Shown piece by piece: positions 49,436-58,867 of a stretch of 64,000 bases of DNA (positions within the stretch are counted from its first letter, which is position 1; every line of letters starts with the position of its first letter). The notes under the pieces were generated by a model, which was not told where the DNA came from, did not search any database, and saw nothing but the letters and a program-made list of their open reading frames with translations. Source of the stretch: an uncultured Ignavibacteriaceae bacterium (GTDB lineage Bacteria > Bacteroidota > Ignavibacteria > Ignavibacteriales > Ignavibacteriaceae). The stretch covers positions 51,070-115,069 of the forward strand of contig CAZTJF010000004.1 of NCBI GenBank assembly GCA_964613805.1. Direction: 5' to 3'. Made by a program: the position numbers and the translations under genes.

Positions 49436-51613
49436 ATGATTAAAACTATTTCCTCATTAAAAATCTATCTGCTGCCGATATTTTTCATTTCATTGCTTTC
49501 TGGCTGCGGCGTTTGGGAGGATTTTACTACTTACTTTAATCTTTATTACAATACTAAAGACAAATTCGAAGAAGCTGAAGCAGCAATAAAACTCCAGAGG
49601 AAAAATCTTTTTGAATTCGAAGAACCAGCTATTTCGGGCAATGTACCGCAGTTATTAAATCAAGTTATTGAAAAATGTTCGAAGATATTACAGTTTCACT
49701 CCAAATCAAGTTATGTTGATAATGCGCTGCTGATGCTTGGTAAATCATTCTATTATCAAAGAAATTATCAGAAGGCAATAAGGAAATTTCAGGAACTTGC
49801 TGTGACTGATCCCGAAAGCAATTTAATTCTTGAAAATGATCTATGGATTGCAAAAACGCAAATGAGATTAAAGGATTTCAAAAATGCTTTGCCAATGTTG
49901 AAATATGTTCGAGAAAAATCTATTGATGAGAGTGAAAACGATTTTACTAAAGAAGCATATGTTGAAGAAATAGTCCATTTAATAATTCAAGAACAATATT
50001 CTTCTGCAATTACACTTATGAAAGAATTTTTGGATGTTTCGAGAGATGATGAAGTTAACGCAGAGGTTGTTTATGAGTTAGCAAGACTTTACATAAAAAT
50101 GGACGACATTGAAAATGCAATGGCTTCGTATCAAAAAGTTTTTGATTACTCTCCATCATTTGATATAGAATTCAAAGCTAAAGCAGAGTTGGCGTCAACA
50201 TTGCGGGAAGCCGGGAAAGATGAAGAATCATTGGTTCTGCTTGAAGAAATGAGGAATCAAAATAAATACTCAGATTCGTATGATAAAATTGATCTTGAAA
50301 CCGGAATTACGTTGTACGCTTTAGGCAGAGTTGAAGAGTCAGTTGAGCTGCTCATAAAAGTTGATACAACCTATACTTCATCCCCAAATTCTGGCATGGC
50401 CAAATTTAAGCTTGGGGAAATATTTGAATATCATTATAAAAATTTTGATAGTGCGAGTACATATTATGTCAAAGCCGCAAGTTCAACTGCTCCACCAGAG
50501 TACTCGAAACCAGCTTCCGAAAAAGCCCAGCTATTTAGAAAGTATCAAACCATTCAAAAAAATATTTTTGATTCAAAAAAACAGCTTTCCTATCTTGAAA
50601 ATCCAGAAGAATTTATTCAAGATTCAATTGCATATTATTCTGACACGTTAAGTGCTGAAGAACAGAGTTTTCAACAAGAACCATTTGGTGAGAATCGAAA
50701 TGAAGGTGATGAAAAAGGATTAGTTCAGCCGCTCAAAACACAAGTGAAAACTCAAACTAAAAATCCGCCTCTTCGACCAATAATTTCTGTTGATTCTTTA
50801 AAAAGCATAATTGTTAAAAACGAATTCGATCTTGCAAATCTATTTTTTACTGAGTTGAATGTTCCCGATTCAGCATTTTATTATTATAAAAATATTGTTG
50901 ATAGTTTTCCCGATTCACGATTTTATTCAAGCTCTCTTTATTCTTTGGGAGCTTATTATAACAGCGTTGGAAGACAGGAGGAAGCAGACAGCATTTTTAA
51001 TTTTATTTATGAAAATTATCGAACTGAAAATATTGTTAATGCCGCAGCGCTTCAGCTTAAAAAGCCATTGATAAATTTAAACTACGATCCAGCTGATGAA
51101 CTTTACATAGAAGCAGAAAAAAAACTTATTGAAAAAAGATACGATGAATCGGTAAATAAATTTTATAATATTTTTACCACTCATCCTAAATCACCAATTG
51201 CGCCCAAAGCGCTGTATGCCGGGGGTTGGATATTAGAAAATGAACTTAAACTCTTGGATTCTGCGGCAGTTTTTTATGACAGTTTGGATGTTAAATATCC
51301 GCAATCGCAATATGCTTCTCGCATTAAACCAAAGCTTTCTTTTTATAAACAAGAAAATGAAAGAAAAAATAAAGCGATCGAAGATTCATTGAAGCAGATT
51401 GAAGCACAAAAATTGGAAAAAATGAAATCTGATTCGTTAAAAGCTAATAAACCTGGTGAGGAGGTTAAAAAAGAACAACCTCAAATAGAGGAAGCACCTG
51501 ATACTGATGAAGAAATAAAGCGAAAGGAAATGGAAGAAAATGAACTCCAAAAGTCAGGTGTTCCGGTTGATATAAAAGAACCTGAAAATCCTAAAAACGA
51601 GAAAATAAAATAA
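49436..51613 (+). CDS. TPR-repeat lipoprotein (possible T9SS SprE/PorW-like; uncertain)
   Basis: Lipobox (LLSGC), multiple TPR-like helices and a K/E-rich C-terminal tail. I chose ATG 49436. The SprE/PorW similarity is recalled from memory only (N-terminal YFNLYYN pattern). Confidence 0.6.
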   Translation: MIKTISSLKIYLLPIFFISLLSGCGVWEDFTTYFNLYYNTKDKFEEAEAAIKLQRKNLFEFEEPAISGNVPQLLNQVIEKCSKILQFHSKSSYVDNALLMLGKSFYYQRNYQKAIRKFQELAVTDPESNLILENDLWIAKTQMRLKDFKNALPMLKYVREKSIDESENDFTKEAYVEEIVHLIIQEQYSSAITLMKEFLDVSRDDEVNAEVVYELARLYIKMDDIENAMASYQKVFDYSPSFDIEFKAKAELASTLREAGKDEESLVLLEEMRNQNKYSDSYDKIDLETGITLYALGRVEESVELLIKVDTTYTSSPNSGMAKFKLGEIFEYHYKNFDSASTYYVKAASSTAPPEYSKPASEKAQLFRKYQTIQKNIFDSKKQLSYLENPEEFIQDSIAYYSDTLSAEEQSFQQEPFGENRNEGDEKGLVQPLKTQVKTQTKNPPLRPIISVDSLKSIIVKNEFDLANLFFTELNVPDSAFYYYKNIVDSFPDSRFYSSSLYSLGAYYNSVGRQEEADSIFNFIYENYRTENIVNAAALQLKKPLINLNYDPADELYIEAEKKLIEKRYDESVNKFYNIFTTHPKSPIAPKALYAGGWILENELKLLDSAAVFYDSLDVKYPQSQYASRIKPKLSFYKQENERKNKAIEDSLKQIEAQKLEKMKSDSLKANKPGEEVKKEQPQIEEAPDTDEEIKRKEMEENELQKSGVPVDIKEPENPKNEKIK

Positions 51614-51665
51614 GAAGGTAATTCTTAGTTAAATGATCTAAGTATATTCTAATGAAGAACCTTTC

Positions 51666-52418
51666 ATGAATTACGCTCAATTTCCACCGCTCGAAGCTGC
51701 CGAATACATTGGCAAAATCAAACCTATCATAATTAAAAGGAAAGTATTTTATTCTGTTACATATCTGATTTTAATTTTGTATTTCAGTCTACCATCACTT
51801 AACATTCCATGGCTTCAATATGGCAAAACAAGAATAACTTCGTTGATGGAACAGCGTGCTTTGGAAAATTTAATGATATTTTATCCAAGGCAATCATGGG
51901 TGAATATTGATGATGTAAATCCCAATTTGCTCAAAGCGATAATTTCAATGGAAGATGGAAAATTTTTTATTCACAAAGGAATTGATTGGAAGGAATTGAA
52001 AACATCCATTCGTTTAAATAAGCGGCGTGGAAGGACTGTTCGAGGCGGAAGTACAATTACTATGCAGCTATCAAAAAATCTATTTCTCTCTACAAGTAAA
52101 AGTATCTTAAGAAAAGGTAAAGAATTTCTGATTGCTCTAAGGATGGAAAAAGAACTTCCGAAAAAATCAATTCTGGAAAATTATATTAACATTGTTGAGT
52201 GGGGAGAAGGTATTTTTGGAATTAAAAAAGCCGCGCAAATATATTATAATAAAGAACCGAAGAATCTTACAGCTATAGAAAGTTCCAGATTGGCAGCCGT
52301 TATTCCATCTCCACTAAGGCATGATCCTTCCGTAAATTCCGGCTACATAAACCGTCGTTCATCAATAATTAGGGGAAGATTAAACGATACTCAATTGTTT
52401 CCCGAAAAAGTAAAATGA
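51666..52418 (+). CDS. mtgA: Monofunctional peptidoglycan glycosyltransferase (GT51)
   Basis: N-terminal TM helix, then SMEDGKFFIHKGIDW, RGGSTITMQLSKNLF, LPKKSILENYIN and RLAAVIPSP. Confidence 0.88.
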   Translation: MNYAQFPPLEAAEYIGKIKPIIIKRKVFYSVTYLILILYFSLPSLNIPWLQYGKTRITSLMEQRALENLMIFYPRQSWVNIDDVNPNLLKAIISMEDGKFFIHKGIDWKELKTSIRLNKRRGRTVRGGSTITMQLSKNLFLSTSKSILRKGKEFLIALRMEKELPKKSILENYINIVEWGEGIFGIKKAAQIYYNKEPKNLTAIESSRLAAVIPSPLRHDPSVNSGYINRRSSIIRGRLNDTQLFPEKVK

Positions 52419-53071
52419 AGTTAAAACATTTGCTTGATTTGATCGAAGAAGGTGAAAACCTCACTTGTGAGTTAAAAAGAAAATTTTCTTCTGCGGAAAA
52501 AATCGCCCGAGAAATGATAGCTTTTGCAAATACAAAAGGCGGTTATTTAATTTTTGGTGTTGATGATGATAGAGAGATCGTAGGAGTTGAAAGTGAAAAA
52601 GCCGAATCCGAATTGATATTGGATGCTGCAAAGAATTATTGCGAACCGCCTTTGAATATCAAAATTGATTATGTGGAAGTTAAGGGTAAAGAAGTTGTAG
52701 TTGTTGAAGTTTTTGAATCCGATCTAAAACCGCATAGGATTCAAGATTATCGCAATGAATTGGATGTTAACAATTCAGTTGTAACAATTAGGGTAAACGA
52801 TAAAAGTGTTCACGCCAGTAAAGAAATGATACGAATAATGAAATCCCGTTCATCTGAAATGAGCTTGAAAAAATATTCAATTGGCGCTAATGAAAAAGCG
52901 GTTTTTGAATATTTGGATAAGAACGAAAGAATCTCGGTTAAAGAATTAAGCAATTATGTGAATATTTCGGAGCGAAGAGCTTCGAGAACTCTGGTTAAGC
53001 TGGTCAGAGCAAATCTATTATTTCTTCACACAAAGGATAATGGAGAAGAGTTTTTTACAAACGCACAATAA
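52415..53071 (+). CDS. AlbA_2 (Schlafen-type) putative DNA-binding domain protein with C-terminal wHTH
   Basis: LIEEGENLTCELKRKF ... IAREMIAFANTKGGYLIFGVDDDREIVGV matches the AlbA_2 pattern. The C-terminus (VFEYLDKNERISVKELSNYVNISERRASRTLVKLV) looks like a winged helix. A 4-nt overlap couples it to mtgA. Confidence 0.6.
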   Translation: MKLKHLLDLIEEGENLTCELKRKFSSAEKIAREMIAFANTKGGYLIFGVDDDREIVGVESEKAESELILDAAKNYCEPPLNIKIDYVEVKGKEVVVVEVFESDLKPHRIQDYRNELDVNNSVVTIRVNDKSVHASKEMIRIMKSRSSEMSLKKYSIGANEKAVFEYLDKNERISVKELSNYVNISERRASRTLVKLVRANLLFLHTKDNGEEFFTNAQ

Positions 53072-53094
53072 GAATTCATTATTGTTTTAACTTT

Positions 53095-53628
53095 TTACGA
53101 ATCAAATATTTTTCTCATTTCGAATATTGCTATTCCGTAGGCAACAGCAACATTAAGCGATTGCTTAATTCCATATTGTGGTATCTCAATCGAGGCATCA
53201 CATAGCTCAAGAAGCTCTTGTGACACTCCGGTAATTTCGTTACCAACAACAAGACAAATGGGAAAATCATTGTTATTTATTTGATAATAAGGAGAGCAAC
53301 TATCAGTCAATTCCAATGCAACAATCTTAACTCCGTCATTTTTTAATCTGCCGATTACACTTTTTGCATCTTTAACATATTCCCATTTTACGCTTTCGGT
53401 TGAACCAAGTGCAGTTTTTAGAACCTCTTTTTTGGGCGGGCAAGGTGTGTAACCGCAGAGATATAATTTTTCGATCATTGCCCCATCTGATGTTCTGAAT
53501 ATTGCACCAACATTATAATTGCTTCTGATGCTGTTAAGCAAAACATAAACAGGCAATTTCTTAACTGTATGTAAAGTCTCAATTGAACTTCTCTTAAGGG
53601 AGATTTCATCGTGTGTAAGTTTTCTCAT
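53095..53628 (-). CDS. SpoU/TrmH-family RNA 2'-O-methyltransferase
   Basis: NVGAIFRTSD, LVVGNEITGVS, IEIPQYGIKQSLNVAVAYGI (SPOUT knot motifs). Confidence 0.8.
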   Translation of the reverse strand: MRKLTHDEISLKRSSIETLHTVKKLPVYVLLNSIRSNYNVGAIFRTSDGAMIEKLYLCGYTPCPPKKEVLKTALGSTESVKWEYVKDAKSVIGRLKNDGVKIVALELTDSCSPYYQINNNDFPICLVVGNEITGVSQELLELCDASIEIPQYGIKQSLNVAVAYGIAIFEMRKIFDS

Positions 53629-53647
53629 TTGCTGGTTTTAGTTTCGT

Positions 53648-54751
53648 TCAAATGAATTTAGTAGCAAGCTGACCACATGCAGCAGCAATATCATCACCTT
53701 GTGTTTGTCGCACCATGACCGTAACATTTTTATCTCGAAGTTTTCTAACAAAATCATCTAATTTATCTTTTGGTGTTGAATCAAGCTGCGCGGGATATCC
53801 GATTGGATTCATGTGCTTCAAAGAGTTAAATGGAATGACATTAACCTTAGATGGAATTTCTTTACAGATTTTTACAAGGGCATTAACATCATCATCTGTA
53901 TCGTTTAAATCTTTTAACATAACGTACTCGAATGTAATTCTTGTTCCGGTTAGTTTAGCATAGTACCTAACAGCCATCAAATTTTCTTTTAAAGAATATT
54001 TCTGGTTTATCGGCATAAGCTTGCTTCTAATTTCTTCAAAGCAAGAATGAAGTGACAGTGCTATCTTCACATTTATACCGGAATCAGCAAGCTCTCGGAT
54101 TTTTGGAGCGATTCCAGCAGTTGATAAAGTAATTTTCTTGATGCTGATGCTTTTTGTTAGTTCATGAGAAAAAATCTTCAAACTCTTTAAAGTATTTTGA
54201 TAATTAAGTAGCGGCTCACCCATTCCCATGTAAACAATGTTTGTGATTTTATCTTTACCGTAATCTTTTGCTGCCAGCATGTACTGATCAAAGATTTCGC
54301 CGGAGGTGAGATTTCTTTTATATCCCATCAAACCTGTTGCGCAAAATTGACAATCGAGCGGGCAGCCAACTTGAGTTGATATGCAAAGAGTTGTGCGGGT
54401 GTCTTCAGGTATAATTACCGATTCAATTTTATAATTATCCTCGGTGATGAAAATATATTTTTTTGTTTTTGTGGATTCAGATTGCTCGGTGTGAAAATAA
54501 TTCAGTGTCTGAATCTCTATTTTATCACGGATTTCATTTCTAATCGTCTTCGGGATGTTGCTCATTTCATCAATATCTGTCGAAAGGTGGTTATAAAGCC
54601 AATAAAAAAATTGGTCGCCGCGAAATTTTTGCATGCCTTTAGAAACGAAAAACTCTTTCAATTCAGAAAGGGTCAAACCTTTTAGAATAATTTTTTTCTG
54701 AATTTGATCATCAGATTTGCTTTCTGTTGGTAAGTTAGTCCCGTTTTCCAT
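53648..54751 (-). CDS. rlmN: 23S rRNA/tRNA adenine-C2 methyltransferase RlmN (radical SAM)
   Basis: FRGDQFFYWLY, the radical-SAM motif CPLDCQFCATG, VYMGMGEPLLN, and GDDIAAACGQL at the C-terminus. Confidence 0.9.
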   Translation of the reverse strand: MENGTNLPTESKSDDQIQKKIILKGLTLSELKEFFVSKGMQKFRGDQFFYWLYNHLSTDIDEMSNIPKTIRNEIRDKIEIQTLNYFHTEQSESTKTKKYIFITEDNYKIESVIIPEDTRTTLCISTQVGCPLDCQFCATGLMGYKRNLTSGEIFDQYMLAAKDYGKDKITNIVYMGMGEPLLNYQNTLKSLKIFSHELTKSISIKKITLSTAGIAPKIRELADSGINVKIALSLHSCFEEIRSKLMPINQKYSLKENLMAVRYYAKLTGTRITFEYVMLKDLNDTDDDVNALVKICKEIPSKVNVIPFNSLKHMNPIGYPAQLDSTPKDKLDDFVRKLRDKNVTVMVRQTQGDDIAAACGQLATKFI

Positions 54752-54871
54752 ATCAAAATATAAGCAGAAGAATTTATCTATAAAATAAAAACATTTCTCA
54801 TTTTATTTACTATTGTCTAATTTAAAAGTGAGTTCTGAAAATATTCTTTAAATCTAATAACAGGAGAGGAA

Positions 54872-56014
54872 ATGAATTTTGATTTCACTGAAGACCAGCT
54901 AATGATACAACAATCTGCAAAAGAATTTGCCGAAGCTGAAATTGCCCCAAGTTCTATTCAACGAGATATTAGTGCAGAATTTCCCCATGACATTGTAAAA
55001 AAAATAGGTGAGTTAGGATTTTTAGGAATGATGGTTCCGCCTGAGTTTGGAGGTGCTGGTCTTGATACGATAAGCTATGTTTTAGCCATGATAGAAATAT
55101 CCAAAGTTGATGCAAGCGTTGGTGTAATTATGTCAGTTAATAATTCTCTGGTTTGCCACGGATTAGAAAAATATGGATCAGATTATATAAAAGAAAAATA
55201 TCTTACATCGTTGGCTAAAGGTGAAAAGCTTGGAGCTTTTGCATTGTCTGAACCTGAAGCCGGAAGTGATGCGACCAAACAAAAAACCACTGCCGATAAA
55301 GATGGTGATTATTATGTTCTAAATGGAATGAAGAATTGGATTACCAATGGAATTTCCGCAGATTATTTTCTGGTGATGGCTACTACCGATAAGGAAAAAG
55401 GTCATCATGGTATATCAACAATACTTGTTGAAAAAGGAACGCCTGGTTTTGGTCATGGAAAAAAAGAAGATAAACTGGGAATACGAAGTTCCGATACTTG
55501 CTCGCTTACTTTTGAAAATTGCAGAGTACCGGCAAAAAATATTGTCTGGGAAGAGGGGAAAGGTTTTAACTTTGCGATGAACACGCTTAATGGTGGTAGA
55601 ATTGGAATTGCATCTCAAGCAATTGGTATTGCAGAAGCATCGTTTGAAGCAGCACTTAAATATTCTAAAGAAAGAAAAGCTTTCGGTGCTAATATTGCAA
55701 GTTTCCAGGCAATTCAATTTAAGCTCGCAGATATGGCTGTTAAGATTGATGCAGCAAAAATGCTGACATTAAAAGCTGCCGCACTTAAGGATGCTCAAAA
55801 GAAATATTATAAAGAAGCGGCAATGGCAAAACTTTATTCATCTAAAATTGCCGTTGAGTGCGCGCTTGAGGCAATTCAAATTCATGGCGGGTATGGCTAC
55901 GTACGGGAGTATTTAGTAGAACGTTATTTACGTGATGCTAAGATAACCGAAATTTATGAGGGAACTTCAGAGATTCAAAATATTGTTATAGCCCGCGCTT
56001 TGCTTGACGCTTAA
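54872..56014 (+). CDS. Acyl-CoA dehydrogenase (short/butyryl-CoA type)
   Basis: GAFALSEPEAGSD, NGMKNWITNG, GGRIGIASQA, QIHGGYGY and YEGTSEIQ motifs in 380 aa. Confidence 0.9.
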   Translation: MNFDFTEDQLMIQQSAKEFAEAEIAPSSIQRDISAEFPHDIVKKIGELGFLGMMVPPEFGGAGLDTISYVLAMIEISKVDASVGVIMSVNNSLVCHGLEKYGSDYIKEKYLTSLAKGEKLGAFALSEPEAGSDATKQKTTADKDGDYYVLNGMKNWITNGISADYFLVMATTDKEKGHHGISTILVEKGTPGFGHGKKEDKLGIRSSDTCSLTFENCRVPAKNIVWEEGKGFNFAMNTLNGGRIGIASQAIGIAEASFEAALKYSKERKAFGANIASFQAIQFKLADMAVKIDAAKMLTLKAAALKDAQKKYYKEAAMAKLYSSKIAVECALEAIQIHGGYGYVREYLVERYLRDAKITEIYEGTSEIQNIVIARALLDA

Positions 56015-56021
56015 AGTTTTA

Positions 56022-56477
56022 ATGATAAGAATATTTGTACTCTTATTTTTATTTTCTTGCAGCAGCCAATTTCCTCAATCAGATTGGGTAAAGTGGGAAA
56101 AAGTTAATCCGAATTATACTAAGCAAACGGAATCCACGAAAAGAGATTACTCAATTTCTGAAGGAAACTTTGCAAAACAATTTGTTAAATCATTGGCAGT
56201 CGGCTATTGGTTTTTCATCTCAGATGTAGATGGTGATAATTGTCCATTCAGTCCATCCTGCTCCAATTTTTTAATTCAAGCAGTTGAAGAAACTAACCTT
56301 CCCCAAGGTGTTATAATGTTCTTTGATCGCTTCACACGCGATCTGAATATTTTTAATAGGGAAAATAAATATCCCAGAATCGGAGCAGCACATTTATATG
56401 ATCCGGTTCAACTTTACACGCTTGACGAAAAAAGCATAAATTATATTCCACCGAAAACTTTCGTTAAAGCTGAATGA
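56022..56477 (+). CDS. YidD-like (membrane protein insertion efficiency factor family) lipoprotein with extra N- and C-terminal regions
   Basis: Lipobox (LFLFSC) present. The core FFISDVDGDNCPFSPSCSNFLIQAVEE resembles the YidD signature (C-x-F-x-P-S-C-S). The protein is about twice the usual YidD length. Confidence 0.6.
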   Translation: MIRIFVLLFLFSCSSQFPQSDWVKWEKVNPNYTKQTESTKRDYSISEGNFAKQFVKSLAVGYWFFISDVDGDNCPFSPSCSNFLIQAVEETNLPQGVIMFFDRFTRDLNIFNRENKYPRIGAAHLYDPVQLYTLDEKSINYIPPKTFVKAE

Positions 56478-57313
56478 TAAAAACATTATCGTTCATTTTT
56501 TTGTTAGCTAATATTATTTTCAGTCAATACATTGATTCTATCAATCCGATTCATTCACGTGAAAACATTATAAAATTTGCTGACCATTTATTTTGTGAGA
56601 GGGATTATTTGCGTGCGGCTGAGGAATACCTGCGTGTTGATGAAGCTTTAAGAAATGAGACTATAAACTTCAAAACTGCTCTAAGCTGCTCGAGAATTGG
56701 AGATTACTCATCAGCCGGCAAATTATTTTCTACCATAAAAGAAAGTTCATCTTTGTATCAATCATCTAAACTTGAATTAATGAAGATTCTCTTTCTTGAA
56801 GAAAAGTATTCCGAACTGAGGAAATATTCAGAAGTGAATGGTTTACAAAAGTCGAAATTGTATTTAATATCCTTTTTCATGGGTAATGAAAAAATTACTC
56901 TCCCGAATAATTTTCTTGAATCCTTTGATGAAAACGAAAAAACCGAAGTGATGGACCTATATCAATTGAAAGTTAACTCGCCGGACAAAAATCCGATTAT
57001 TGCTTCTATTCTTTCAGTAATTATTCCTGGCGCAGGGAAGATTTATACCGGTGAAATAAGTGATGGTATAGTCTCGTTTATCACCACGAGTTTGTTCGCA
57101 TTTCTTTCCTACGATAACTTCAAAGCAGATCATAAATTCAGGGCGTGGTTGTTTGGAGGATTAGCTGCCGGATTTTATGCGGGTAACGTCTATGGTTCTT
57201 ACGCTTCAGCACAAATTTATAATGCACACGTAAAGTATGAATTCAACTTGGCTTTGGATTCATTTATTAATTCAAAAAATTATTTTATTCCGCAATATGA
57301 TTTTTGTAAGTAA
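56474..57313 (+). CDS. TPR-like N-terminal domain + C-terminal membrane domain protein (PGAG-x-Y-TG motif)
   Basis: Signal or TM segment at the N-terminus, then a helical repeat region, then two TM helices around SVIIPGAGKIYTGEISDGIVSFITTSLFAFLSY. A 4-nt overlap couples it to the upstream gene. Confidence 0.6.
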   Translation: MIKTLSFIFLLANIIFSQYIDSINPIHSRENIIKFADHLFCERDYLRAAEEYLRVDEALRNETINFKTALSCSRIGDYSSAGKLFSTIKESSSLYQSSKLELMKILFLEEKYSELRKYSEVNGLQKSKLYLISFFMGNEKITLPNNFLESFDENEKTEVMDLYQLKVNSPDKNPIIASILSVIIPGAGKIYTGEISDGIVSFITTSLFAFLSYDNFKADHKFRAWLFGGLAAGFYAGNVYGSYASAQIYNAHVKYEFNLALDSFINSKNYFIPQYDFCK

Positions 57314-58139
57314 AATCTCAATAATCATCTTCTTTTTTCTTATGCAAACTTATTTGCAGTCTCAAACTATTTTACAGCAGCAGTATGAGTATGCTTACAA
57401 ACTTTACGAAAATGAAAAATATTTTGATGCAATTACTGAATTTAAACGACTGCAGTTTTTCGATTCTTTAAATCTCTGTGGTTTTTCATCAAATAAACTG
57501 ATTGGAATGAGCTACAAGCAAGGTGGAAAGTTCAACGAAGCAATAAACTATTTTGCTAAAGCAGAATTGTATTCTCCGAATGACGACTCACTTTTCGCAG
57601 TTAAGATTGAAATTATCAAAGTTAATTTGCTTCGTAGAACAGTTTACCGTGCATTCGATTTACTGAACGAGTTGAACGATGATTCGCGTTTTAATTCAAA
57701 GAAAGATCAAATTACATATTGGAAGGGCTGGACTTACATCTTTAATGATGAATGGCAGAAAGCTTCTGAAGAATTTGTCAAATTAGAAGATGAACAAGAG
57801 CTTAAGAAACTATGTGAGAACGTTTCTAATGCTCAGCACTCATCAAAGTTAGCAAAAGTATTATCGTACATTTTGCCTGGTGCAGGTCAATTTTACACTG
57901 GGAATTACATTAGTGGAATTTTGTCTTTTGGCTGGGTTGCTCTGTGGACGTACATTTCAATCGAAGCATTTTTAGCTGAGAGAATATTTGATGGAGTGAT
58001 GGTTGCTGACTTTTTAGCACTTCGATTTTATAATGGTAATTTACAGAATGCCGAAAAATTTGCAATTGAGCATAATTCTGAAGTAAGTAACTGGATGCTT
58101 AATTATCTTCAAAATAATTTTAGAGGTATGAAGCCATAA
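57297..58139 (+). CDS. Paralog of preceding gene: TPR-like domain + membrane domain with PGAGQFYTG motif
   Basis: Same architecture as the preceding gene, with SYILPGAGQFYTGNYISGILSFGWVALWTY. I chose ATG 57297 (signal-like MIFVSKISIIIFFFLMQTYLQSQ). It overlaps the upstream gene by 17 nt. Confidence 0.6.
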   Translation: MIFVSKISIIIFFFLMQTYLQSQTILQQQYEYAYKLYENEKYFDAITEFKRLQFFDSLNLCGFSSNKLIGMSYKQGGKFNEAINYFAKAELYSPNDDSLFAVKIEIIKVNLLRRTVYRAFDLLNELNDDSRFNSKKDQITYWKGWTYIFNDEWQKASEEFVKLEDEQELKKLCENVSNAQHSSKLAKVLSYILPGAGQFYTGNYISGILSFGWVALWTYISIEAFLAERIFDGVMVADFLALRFYNGNLQNAEKFAIEHNSEVSNWMLNYLQNNFRGMKP

Positions 58140-58256
58140 TTAATGTTATTAGGGGCTTGCATATTAAAATAAAAACGAAGTAAATTGTTTGTGTTAAAAA
58201 ATCAAGTATTGTTCTTTAGTAATAAATCAATTATAAATTGACAACTTGGAGGATAA

Positions 58257-58862
58257 ATGAAAAAAGGTACAATCGTAGGTTTATCCATTGCGGCAATAAT
58301 AATTCTTTTTATTGTCATCTTGATTTCATGGGGAATTAAAACATACAACAACCTTGTCACCATTAATGAAGAAGTAAACCAAAGCTGGAGCCAGGTTGAA
58401 AATCAGTATCAGAGAAGAGCAGATCTGATTCCTAATTTAGTGAACACAGTAAAAGGTTATGCAAATTTTGAAAGAGGTGTTTTAACTGATGTTACTGAAG
58501 CAAGAGCAAGTGTCAGCCAGTTTAAGGTTACACCGGAAGTTTTAAATGATCCCAAGACGTTTCAAAAATTTGAGCAACTCCAGGGAAATTTGAGCAATGC
58601 ACTTTCACGATTGCTTGTAACAGTGGAAAACTATCCTGAATTAAAAGCCAACGAGAACTTTCTTCAGCTGCAAGCCCAACTTGAAGGAACTGAAAACAGG
58701 ATTTCGGTGGAGAGAAGAAAGTTTAACTTAGCTGTTCAGAATTATAATACAACCATCAAGCGATTTCCTTCGGCTTTTTTTGCAAGCATATTTGGATTTA
58801 GAGAAAAATCTTACTTTAAAGCAATACCGGGTTCTGAAACGCCTCCTAAAGTTGAGTTCTAA
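58257..58862 (+). CDS. lemA: LemA family protein
   Basis: N-terminal TM helix, then YNNLVTINEEVNQSWSQVENQYQRRADLIPNLV, YPELKANENF and RRKFNLAVQNYNT. Confidence 0.88.
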   Translation: MKKGTIVGLSIAAIIILFIVILISWGIKTYNNLVTINEEVNQSWSQVENQYQRRADLIPNLVNTVKGYANFERGVLTDVTEARASVSQFKVTPEVLNDPKTFQKFEQLQGNLSNALSRLLVTVENYPELKANENFLQLQAQLEGTENRISVERRKFNLAVQNYNTTIKRFPSAFFASIFGFREKSYFKAIPGSETPPKVEF

Positions 58863-58867
58863 AGGAA

